Positions 38,663 to 46,421 of a stretch of DNA of 64,000 bases are shown here, one piece after another; positions within the stretch are counted from its first letter, which is position 1; the number at the start of each line of letters is the position of its first letter. Origin of the DNA: Escherichia phage A4; the sequence record ON286972; one strand, 5' to 3'. The notes beneath the pieces are model-generated. The model did not search any database. It saw only the letters and a list, made by a program, of their open reading frames with translations, and was not told the DNA's origin. A program made the translations under genes and the position numbers.

Positions 38663-39069
38663 AAAAGTTTAATATTAAACCGATATTTGATGCTATCGAA
38701 ATTAAATTGAAAGACCAACGAAAACCCGATGGTACTGGTTTATTCTTTAGTTTAGATAGAACCTACGTTGAAACACATGTATCAAGTTTTGATAGAACTG
38801 GTAATCTTTTCATCCGTTCATATAACATGTTTTATAGTGAAGATGTTTTTATGATAGATATCACTTTAGATGAAAGTATAGGTTTGATGTACATTGAAGA
38901 TGTTCAATCAAACGATCAACGAAACGGCACACTTCCTATTGGTGCTACCGAGGAAGAGTTTATGCAATATCAGTTCATTGATGATACCTTTGGTATTGAC
39001 TTTGTGACATATCAGAGTATAATGCGTGTATACGAACAGTATGAGGATTACGTAATTGGACGTTACTAA
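38653..39069 (+). CDS. hypothetical protein, paralog A
   Basis: C-terminal ..EEEFMQYQFIDDTFGIDFVTYQSIMRVYEQYE parallels next gene. Confidence 0.45.
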   Translation: MFMKKFNIKPIFDAIEIKLKDQRKPDGTGLFFSLDRTYVETHVSSFDRTGNLFIRSYNMFYSEDVFMIDITLDESIGLMYIEDVQSNDQRNGTLPIGATEEEFMQYQFIDDTFGIDFVTYQSIMRVYEQYEDYVIGRY

Positions 39070-39478
39070 AATACCCAAATTCAACGAAACGTTAAAGTAC
39101 TTTTCTGAACAAGAGTTCAGTACTGAAAGACGTGGTTTAGTCACATACAACCAATATCGCGTAATGTATACTAACCAGTTACAAGGAACAGTACGTATTA
39201 AAATCCGTAATGCATATGATGATGGTGATGAATTATTAATTATACTAAGAAAAAGTAAGATAGAACTACAATACCATAGATTTGATACTTCCGATGAGTT
39301 TGCATGGAATGTGTTAGAAAAGAAAGTAGGTTCATTGCCTGTAGTTGATGATGGACCTGAAACACTTGATCAGTACATGTTCATTGATGATACATTTAGT
39401 ATTGACTATTCTTCATTTCAGTATATACTATCTATACATAAACAATATGAATCCCGCTTGCGTGACAGATTAATTTAA
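39056..39478 (+). CDS. hypothetical protein, paralog B
   Basis: C-terminal ..LDQYMFIDDTFSIDYSSFQYILSIHKQYE parallels previous gene. Confidence 0.45.
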   Translation: MDVTKIPKFNETLKYFSEQEFSTERRGLVTYNQYRVMYTNQLQGTVRIKIRNAYDDGDELLIILRKSKIELQYHRFDTSDEFAWNVLEKKVGSLPVVDDGPETLDQYMFIDDTFSIDYSSFQYILSIHKQYESRLRDRLI

Positions 39479-39489
39479 TTGGAGGCTTT

Positions 39490-39612
39490 ATGATTGCAAT
39501 GTTAGAAGAAGATTGGGGTGTTTCTGAACAAGGAACCGACGAATATCAAGTTCCAGAATACAAGCCAAAAGGCTTCTGGGAAAGTCTGCGTGATTGGTTG
39601 ATGGGAGAATAA
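39490..39612 (+). CDS. small hypothetical protein (40 aa)
   Basis: GGAGG 5 nt upstream; below track cutoff. Confidence 0.2.
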   Translation: MIAMLEEDWGVSEQGTDEYQVPEYKPKGFWESLRDWLMGE

Positions 39613-39621
39613 GATTAGAAA

Positions 39622-40689
39622 ATGTATAAATTTTATTTTAATGAAAATAACGAGAAGGTATATTTCCATGAAGAATTAGGTATGCGTTTCGAATGGATGC
39701 GTCCCGAAGATTTATCACCAAAATTAATTAAAACATCAAAAACACCTAAAGAACATTTTGATGAAATAATAGAAAAAGGATATAATATTTTAGGATTTGC
39801 TATAACATCAAGTGATGAATGGAAATCTAGTTTTACAAGAACTGTTGTTGAAAAAGATGGTATTATATATACAAAAAGAAATATAAATGATATAAAAACG
39901 AAAGGTATGAAATATATCATTGGGAAATATGACAATGAAAATTATAGATATTATCTTTATAAGACTTCAAAAAGTCTAATGACTGGTGAATGTGAATTAC
40001 TTTTAGAACAACCAATAATTAAAGATAAAAGAACCAAATTAACTTATAAATGCTTAAAATGTGGTCACGTTGATGAAATGGAAATTAGTAATATACAAAG
40101 TGGTCAGGGTTGCTCTATTTGTCGATTTGAAAAAACCAGATTAGCACACGCATTCACCACCGCTGAATTTGTTGAACGAGCAAAAGAAATTCATGGTAAT
40201 GTATATAACTATTCAAAAGTCATCTACATTAATAGTAGCACTCATGTTGAAATAATTTGTAAAAAACATAATAATTCTTTTTATATCATTCCAAATTTTC
40301 ATATAGCAAAAAATAAAAATCAAGGTTGCCCAATATGCTCATCTGAACATACTGAATCCAGAGCTAGTAGAGAAATAACACGTTTTTTAATTGAAAATGG
40401 TATAAAATTTAATAAAGAACAAACATTTAGTGACTGTAAAAATAAAATGTTATTAAGATTTGATTTTTATTTGGTTGATTATGATATTTGTATTGAGTAT
40501 GATGGTAAACAACATTTTGAGAAATCACCTCATTGGGGTGGAGAAGATAAATTGAAAAACATCAAGGATAACGATACTATAAAGACACAATATTGTGAAA
40601 AGAATTTTATTAAATTAATACGTGTAACATATTATGAAGACCACTTAACTGTATTAAAAAAACATCTTTCAGAGGAAGGTATATTATGA
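39622..40689 (+). CDS. Zn-ribbon protein with C-terminal endonuclease-like domain (possible free-standing homing endonuclease)
   Basis: multiple CxxC pairs; C-terminal RFDFYLVDYDICIEYDGKQHF resembles PD-(D/E)xK/DUF559-type motif; gene markedly more AT-rich than neighbours. Confidence 0.35.
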   Translation: MYKFYFNENNEKVYFHEELGMRFEWMRPEDLSPKLIKTSKTPKEHFDEIIEKGYNILGFAITSSDEWKSSFTRTVVEKDGIIYTKRNINDIKTKGMKYIIGKYDNENYRYYLYKTSKSLMTGECELLLEQPIIKDKRTKLTYKCLKCGHVDEMEISNIQSGQGCSICRFEKTRLAHAFTTAEFVERAKEIHGNVYNYSKVIYINSSTHVEIICKKHNNSFYIIPNFHIAKNKNQGCPICSSEHTESRASREITRFLIENGIKFNKEQTFSDCKNKMLLRFDFYLVDYDICIEYDGKQHFEKSPHWGGEDKLKNIKDNDTIKTQYCEKNFIKLIRVTYYEDHLTVLKKHLSEEGIL

Positions 40690-41798
40690 AAAAGTATTTG
40701 GTGGGCGGCTATGTGAGGGACCGTTTAATGGGTATTCGTACAAAAGACAAAGATTATGTCATTGTCGGTGCTACCGAATCCGATATTAAGTACTTACAAA
40801 GTATTGGCTATAAGCAAGTAGGTAAGGATTTTCCCGTGTATCTAAGTCCAGAGGGTAATGAGCACGCATTGGCCCGTACCGAACGTAAAACTGGTACTGG
40901 TTACGGTGGCTTCGAAGTGAATACTAAAGGCGTGACACTAGAGCAAGATCTATACAGAAGGGATATTACGGTAAATAGCATAGCGTATGATCCAGTACTG
41001 CAAATTCACATCGACCCATACGGTGGTAAAGCTGATATCAAGAATAAAGTACTACGCCATGTATCCGAGCACTTCAAAGAAGATCCATTACGTGTATTAC
41101 GTCTAGCTCGCTTTGCTACGCGTTATTCTGATTTCTCTATACACGAGACTACTGAAGCACTTGCAATCGATATGGTAGCGTCTGGTGAGCTAAATCACCT
41201 TGTTCCAGACCGTGTTTATGTTGAATTTGAAAAAGCACTGTCAGAAGAAAAGCCAGCTAAGTTCCTTAAAACACTAAGTAAGTTGGGTTACTATGAAAAA
41301 GCATTTAATGCAACATTAACCAAAAAGTCATTGGAACTCATTGATCATATCTCTGATAATTGTACTGAAGCATATAAGCCATATTTCTTATGGTCTGTGC
41401 TTCTTGAGAAAGAAGAAGTTGGTGAGGATTCAGTACTGAATGGTGCTATTAAAATGCCCGTTAAGTACGTTAAATTCAGTAATTACATCAAACGTTTCCG
41501 TGATGATATCAAGGCATTCCGTAAAAAGACCCCAAATGAAATGGGACAATTATTACTGGATATGAATATCAAGAATAACGGCGGTGAAGAATTCCTTTAC
41601 AAAGTACTGGAATATTTTATTCTACGTAAAGAGATTGATTTAGACCTTGAAGATTTAATCATTAAGGTATATGATCGTTACACTGATGTAGTACTTCCAG
41701 ATATTCAACAACTGGTAAAAGACGGTGAGTTAGAAGCATCTGAAATCCGTGATTTTGTTTCAGATTTACGTTGTGAAGCAATTCAACAAATGTTTTAA
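40686..41798 (+). CDS. tRNA nucleotidyltransferase (CCA-adding enzyme) family protein
   Basis: N-terminal GGYVRDRLMG..DKDYV head-domain motif. Confidence 0.65.
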   Translation: MKKYLVGGYVRDRLMGIRTKDKDYVIVGATESDIKYLQSIGYKQVGKDFPVYLSPEGNEHALARTERKTGTGYGGFEVNTKGVTLEQDLYRRDITVNSIAYDPVLQIHIDPYGGKADIKNKVLRHVSEHFKEDPLRVLRLARFATRYSDFSIHETTEALAIDMVASGELNHLVPDRVYVEFEKALSEEKPAKFLKTLSKLGYYEKAFNATLTKKSLELIDHISDNCTEAYKPYFLWSVLLEKEEVGEDSVLNGAIKMPVKYVKFSNYIKRFRDDIKAFRKKTPNEMGQLLLDMNIKNNGGEEFLYKVLEYFILRKEIDLDLEDLIIKVYDRYTDVVLPDIQQLVKDGELEASEIRDFVSDLRCEAIQQMF

Positions 41799-41884
41799 AA
41801 CTCTGGGACAAGAGAACGACTTCTGATATAATAATTGTATCTGGGCATCATTGCTATTAAGAGATAAGATTATGCGTTATAGTT

Positions 41885-42301
41885 GTGGCATTATATTTTA
41901 TCGTGATGGTCAGATACTTGTTGGACACACAACACGGACAGAAGCATTGGGATTTACCAAAAGGTAAAACCGAGGGCAATGAAACATTTGCTGAAGCTGC
42001 TGTTCGTGAGTGCTATGAAGAAACAGGATTTGAGATTGATGAAAAGGATCTTCTCTTATTAGGTGATGTATCATACAGGAAAGGGAAAAGATTAGTTTTA
42101 TTTTTCTATACAGCTAAATACAAACCCGAACCGGATGAACTGAAGTGTAACAGTACTTATACCAATCGATATGGTAAAAGCCATCCAGAATTGGATAAAT
42201 TCATGTACATTGATGTTCAAGATTGTCAAAAGTATTTGACCGAACGAATGTGTAACAGTATAATTAAAGCTGTTAAATTGTTTCAAAAAAATAAAGGATA
42301 G
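41885..42301 (+). CDS. Nudix hydrolase (apparent frameshift at 5' end)
   Basis: perfect Nudix box GKTEGNETFAEAAVRECYEETGF; expected N-terminal strand MRYSCGIIFYRDGQILVGH is in the -1 frame starting ATG 41872. Confidence 0.5.
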   Translation: MALYFIVMVRYLLDTQHGQKHWDLPKGKTEGNETFAEAAVRECYEETGFEIDEKDLLLLGDVSYRKGKRLVLFFYTAKYKPEPDELKCNSTYTNRYGKSHPELDKFMYIDVQDCQKYLTERMCNSIIKAVKLFQKNKG

Positions 42302-42305
42302 TTAT

Positions 42306-42554
42306 ATGAAAGTGAAAATTTATGGTCGCACGACTGGTTGTAATTTCTGTGATACAGCAAAAGCAATTTGTGAGAACAATTCATTTGAAATGGATTTTAT
42401 CGATGTGGTTTCTGAAGGTATTGATGGTGCTAAACTATCAGAAATTTGCGGTGAGCCAGTTCGTCAAGTTCCACAAATTTTCGTAAATGATGAGTATGTT
42501 CCTGGTGGATGTACTGGTTTTGTTAACGGGCTAAAAGAAGGTCGCTGGAACTAA
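42306..42554 (+). CDS. glutaredoxin/thioredoxin-fold protein (NrdC-like)
   Basis: CNFC active-site motif near N-terminus, ~82 aa. Confidence 0.55.
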   Translation: MKVKIYGRTTGCNFCDTAKAICENNSFEMDFIDVVSEGIDGAKLSEICGEPVRQVPQIFVNDEYVPGGCTGFVNGLKEGRWN

Positions 42555-42793
42555 TGAATATCGATAAGGTATCATCACGAGCACGTGCATTGGCTGACAG
42601 TTTGGGAGTTAAATTTGAAACTCCAGATATCAACCAATCAAAACAAAAAGCTCAAAAGAAAATTCATGAAATGAAAGAATACACATCAAGACGTGAAGAA
42701 TACGATGCTGCTATTTCTCACATTATTGAAGTGTTTAGTAAAGATGATATTTTAGCATTTATTGCTTCACATGAGGTTGTAAAAAACCCCTAA
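42554..42793 (+). CDS. hypothetical protein
   Basis: 79-aa ORF, ATGA overlap. Confidence 0.4.
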   Translation: MNIDKVSSRARALADSLGVKFETPDINQSKQKAQKKIHEMKEYTSRREEYDAAISHIIEVFSKDDILAFIASHEVVKNP

Positions 42794-42828
42794 ATAATAT
42801 TGAAGAACAACAAGTTCTTCTTAACAAT

Positions 42829-43086
42829 TTGGGAGATACTATTATGCTCAGTTTTCGTGAACAATTAGCAAAAGGTCAATTTCAGACTAAAGCTCAAACA
42901 AATATTCCTAAAAAATCTGCATTCTTAGGAACAATTACGGAAGATGGTTATTGTGACTTCAATCCACCAGAAGATAGCTGGTATATTGAAAAAGACACAA
43001 AACGTAGTAATAGACTTCACAAAAGTACAATAGCAAGAAAGCATCGAAAAGAATTGAAGAAAATTCGTTTCGGTGAAGAAGAATAA
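42829..43086 (+). CDS. hypothetical basic protein
   Basis: 85-aa ORF. Confidence 0.4.
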   Translation: MGDTIMLSFREQLAKGQFQTKAQTNIPKKSAFLGTITEDGYCDFNPPEDSWYIEKDTKRSNRLHKSTIARKHRKELKKIRFGEEE

Positions 43087-43100
43087 CCTAATAATATAAA

Positions 43101-43130
43101 GGACTTGAGATTATCGAGTCCTTTTCTTTT
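43101..43130 (+). terminator. rho-independent terminator
   Basis: GGACTTGA-GATTA-TCGAGTCC (one wobble) then T-rich run. Confidence 0.5.
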
Positions 43131-43140
43131 CGGAGAACAC

Positions 43141-43617
43141 ATGATACATGAACATCACGGAAATCTGTTTGAATTATTCAGTACTGTAACTGATGATCAT
43201 ACTGCATTACATATTATAGCTCATGGTTGTAATGCTCAAGGTAAAATGGGTTCTGGTTTTGCAAAAGAACTCAGAATGCAGTACCCAAAGGCATATGATG
43301 ATTATAAAGAATATGAAAAGAGAATGGGTTTTCTAAGAACCGGACAAATTGCATATTCAGCAATTAATGATGATTTGATTATCGCAAACTGCATTACTCA
43401 AAAATGGTACGGAACTGATGGTGCAAAATACGTAAGCTATGATGCCATTGATGACGTTTTCATGCATTTGAATTTTTTCTGTAAAATTGAACGAAATGTT
43501 CATGTACACTTTCCGAAAATTGGAGCCGATTTGGGCGGTGGTAACTGGAACGTTATCAAAGAAATCATTGACCACAGGCTGGTTAATGCTGAAAAACATT
43601 TATATATTCTCAAATAA
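43141..43617 (+). CDS. macro-domain-like protein (ADP-ribose binding/processing)
   Basis: IIAHGCNAQGKMGSGFAKEL resembles macro motif NAAN..GGGV..AI; start set at ATG 43141. Confidence 0.4.
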   Translation: MIHEHHGNLFELFSTVTDDHTALHIIAHGCNAQGKMGSGFAKELRMQYPKAYDDYKEYEKRMGFLRTGQIAYSAINDDLIIANCITQKWYGTDGAKYVSYDAIDDVFMHLNFFCKIERNVHVHFPKIGADLGGGNWNVIKEIIDHRLVNAEKHLYILK

Positions 43618-43636
43618 ACAAAAGGACTTGACAAAA

Positions 43637-43945
43637 ATGACTATTACCGTTAAACTACTAAACATCAACAACGTTGGCCCAGTACTAGCAGTTCTACAAA
43701 CCGATGCTCCAGAAGCAGTAGTAGTTAACTACCCAGCACAGCTAGGTACTGACGAAAAAGGTGAAATCATTCTACGTGATTATCTAGAATTTATTAGTTC
43801 AGAAAAAGGTGTTATTTTCTTCAAATCTAACATCATCAGTATCAGTGATGCAAACCCTGCACTGGTTGATGCTTATGTTGAAGCAATTAAGACTCTAGAA
43901 GATAAGCCAGCGTTGATTGTCCCTGACAACAAAATCATCCTATAA
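43637..43945 (+). CDS. hypothetical protein
   Basis: start set at ATG 43637 (MTITVKLL); track ORF from 43487 overlaps previous gene. Confidence 0.45.
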   Translation: MTITVKLLNINNVGPVLAVLQTDAPEAVVVNYPAQLGTDEKGEIILRDYLEFISSEKGVIFFKSNIISISDANPALVDAYVEAIKTLEDKPALIVPDNKIIL

Positions 43946-43957
43946 TAGAGGTATAAA

Positions 43958-44335
43958 ATGGCTGCTAATGAAGTGAAAGCAAAAACTATTCAAGCTATCG
44001 TAGTACTGAAAGGTAAAACCCCATCACCAAAAGAATTGGTTATGGCTGGCATGACTATGCTACATCAGTACAACCCAGCATCCCCTAACTATGTTCAAGA
44101 ATATGAAGCCAAACAGTTTAAAGCTCATTGGGATTCATGGATTAAAGACAATGAACTGGAACAAGTTGTCTATGAAGCAGATGACATGGATGAAATGATG
44201 CAGATTGAATATCTTGCGAATCAGCAGTCAGTACCACTAAGTATGTTTGGTAATGGGGAAGAGGTTCTAGTACTCGGCCCCTTCACTAAAAAAGATATTG
44301 AACACATTGTCACTAACTGTACAAAGATAAGTTAG
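43958..44335 (+). CDS. hypothetical protein
   Basis: 125-aa ORF. Confidence 0.45.
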   Translation: MAANEVKAKTIQAIVVLKGKTPSPKELVMAGMTMLHQYNPASPNYVQEYEAKQFKAHWDSWIKDNELEQVVYEADDMDEMMQIEYLANQQSVPLSMFGNGEEVLVLGPFTKKDIEHIVTNCTKIS

Positions 44336-44547
44336 TGAGCGATCATCTTTTAACAGGTGTTTATAATCATAAATTAATAGTCGGGAATACTCATTACTGG
44401 ATTGAGCCAAATCAAGACTATATAATATACTATCATGATGGGAAACATATATATTCAGTTAGTATATTTGGTTTCCTTGATATGATAGATACTGAACACT
44501 TTGTTAACTTAGTTTATTTGCGTTGTTGGTACGATAGACTAAGCTAA
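44335..44547 (+). CDS. hypothetical protein
   Basis: 70-aa ORF. Confidence 0.35.
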   Translation: MSDHLLTGVYNHKLIVGNTHYWIEPNQDYIIYYHDGKHIYSVSIFGFLDMIDTEHFVNLVYLRCWYDRLS

Positions 44548-44598
44548 ATCAATAGCACCTCTAAATAATGTATATAAACATTAAAGAGGTGCTTTTTT

Positions 44599-45390
44599 AT
44601 GTCATATGACTATATGGGTGGAAATCCAGATGCCCCAAATTACGATCACCGTGAAAAATTAAAAGATGTGATTACACAAATGTTGGGTGCTGGTGCTGTT
44701 GAAGTTGAAATTACTGATGGACAATTAGAAATCGCAATCGATAATGCGGTATCAAACTACAGAGCATGGAGTTCTGCATCAAAAGAAGAAGCTTTTTTAA
44801 GCATGAAATTCTATGATTCTCAATCAGTTTACATGCTACCAACTGAAGTAGAAATTGTTAAGAAAATTTATCGTTATGGTAATGGTTATTTGAGTTCTGG
44901 TAGTGGTAACTCGGTTGACCCATTTTCAATTGCATTTACAAACACATATCTACTAACGTCTGCTCGCAACGCTGGTGGTTATGATTTAACAACCTATGAC
45001 TTCAGTTTCCAGTTTCAGGAATTAGTAGGTCGTATGTTTGGACGTGAGATTATTTTCCAGTTTAATCCCATGACTAAGAAACTGGTTATTGACCGTGATA
45101 TTCGCGGCACAGAAGAAGTACTGGTTCATGTGTATCATAACATCCCAGAACCACTACTATTCCAACGTCAAATGAGTTATCCGTGGCTTCGTGATTGGGC
45201 TTTATCGGAAGCGATGATTATGTTAGGTCGCAACCGTGCTAAGTTTGCTTCTTTGCCTGGACCACAAGGAACATTTTCAATGGATGGTGATACACTTCGT
45301 AATGAAGGTATGCAACTCCAGGAACAACTTAAAGAACAGTTGAAGAGATACAAAGATGGTGGTGAACCACTTGGTATGATTATTGGTTAA
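44599..45390 (+). CDS. hypothetical protein (possibly tail/neck-associated)
   Basis: 263-aa ORF upstream of sheath gene. Confidence 0.4.
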   Translation: MSYDYMGGNPDAPNYDHREKLKDVITQMLGAGAVEVEITDGQLEIAIDNAVSNYRAWSSASKEEAFLSMKFYDSQSVYMLPTEVEIVKKIYRYGNGYLSSGSGNSVDPFSIAFTNTYLLTSARNAGGYDLTTYDFSFQFQELVGRMFGREIIFQFNPMTKKLVIDRDIRGTEEVLVHVYHNIPEPLLFQRQMSYPWLRDWALSEAMIMLGRNRAKFASLPGPQGTFSMDGDTLRNEGMQLQEQLKEQLKRYKDGGEPLGMIIG

Positions 45391-45400
45391 AATAAAAAAA

Positions 45401-45424
45401 AGACTCCATGTTGGGGTCTTTTTT
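45401..45424 (+). terminator. rho-independent terminator
   Basis: AGACTCC-loop-GGGGTCT then TTTTTT, A-run upstream. Confidence 0.5.
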
Positions 45425-45440
45425 CATATACGGTGATATA

Positions 45441-45698
45441 ATGACAATTGAATATGCAAAATTCAGATGTGGAAAATTAAGCGACAATTATTTCGAATCA
45501 GAACAGTACTGGCGATTTATCAAAAATGCATTAGTAGATGTATTCACCAGGGATGTAATTAACGCATGGGCAAGTATATGCAGGGATGATAATGGAAAAA
45601 CATTTTATGTTGTATATGTGTCAGTATACAACGGTAATGAAACTATTATTGATATAGTTAGAAGCTTAGTTGGTGATGAATATATGAAGGAAGTGTAA
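45441..45698 (+). CDS. hypothetical protein
   Basis: start uncertain (ATG 45441 vs track 45408 inside terminator hairpin). Confidence 0.3.
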   Translation: MTIEYAKFRCGKLSDNYFESEQYWRFIKNALVDVFTRDVINAWASICRDDNGKTFYVVYVSVYNGNETIIDIVRSLVGDEYMKEV

Positions 45699-45700
45699 CT

Positions 45701-46327
45701 ATGGAAAGAAAAATCGTAGCCATCAATGGCTCAATAGGAAGTGGTAAAGATACATACGCTAAAACATTCATCGATAATGGATATACCCGTATGTCGTTTG
45801 CAAAGAACCTGAAAGATTCAGTTGCAGCTATTTTTGGCTGGGACAGGGAAATGCTAGAAGGAACTACTAAAGAAGGTCGTGCTATTCGTGAACAACCGGA
45901 TCAGTACTGGTGTAATAAATTAGGACGTGATGATGTTTCACCACGTTGGGTACTGCAAAATTACGGTACTAATGTAGTTCGTCGTTATTTGCATAATGAC
46001 ATTTGGGTATTCAGTTTAGAACGTTCTATGATGGAAATAGAAGGTAACATTATCATTACTGATTGTCGTTTTCCAAATGAATTGAAAATGATTCGTGAAA
46101 ATAACGGTATCATCATTGAAGTTCAACGCAATTTACCATTCTGGTATGGTCTAGCAGCATCATACAATAAAGGTGATATCCAAATGAAACCAGTTGAACT
46201 GGAATCAGTACATGAATCTGAATGGGCATGGATTGGTATTAACAACCCACATTATATTATCAAGAATAATGGAACTATAAAAGACCTAGAAAACAAAGCA
46301 CTGGATATTATTTATACGAAAAACTGA
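45701..46327 (+). CDS. P-loop kinase, deoxynucleoside-monophosphate-kinase-like
   Basis: INGSIGSGKDT resembles T4 gp1 SGVKRSGKDT P-loop; ~208 aa. Confidence 0.45.
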   Translation: MERKIVAINGSIGSGKDTYAKTFIDNGYTRMSFAKNLKDSVAAIFGWDREMLEGTTKEGRAIREQPDQYWCNKLGRDDVSPRWVLQNYGTNVVRRYLHNDIWVFSLERSMMEIEGNIIITDCRFPNELKMIRENNGIIIEVQRNLPFWYGLAASYNKGDIQMKPVELESVHESEWAWIGINNPHYIIKNNGTIKDLENKALDIIYTKN

Positions 46328-46421
46328 TAAAAAATCAATTAGCTCAAGTCAATTAAATCCACCAATAAATAAGACTATACGAAATATATTCGAATAACCA
46401 ATTATTTTTGGAGGATTTAAT

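Noticed and set aside
43487-43636. N-terminal extension of the track ORF 43487-43945
   Set aside because: It overlaps the 3' end of the macro-like gene in another frame; ATG 43637 gives a compact non-overlapping gene.
45408-45440. Track start of ORF 45408 and a leaderless start at the GTGATATAATG motif
   Set aside because: ATG 45408 lies inside the terminator hairpin; the -10-like TATAAT abuts the ATG at 45441, so transcription from it would begin downstream of the start codon. The start is left uncertain.
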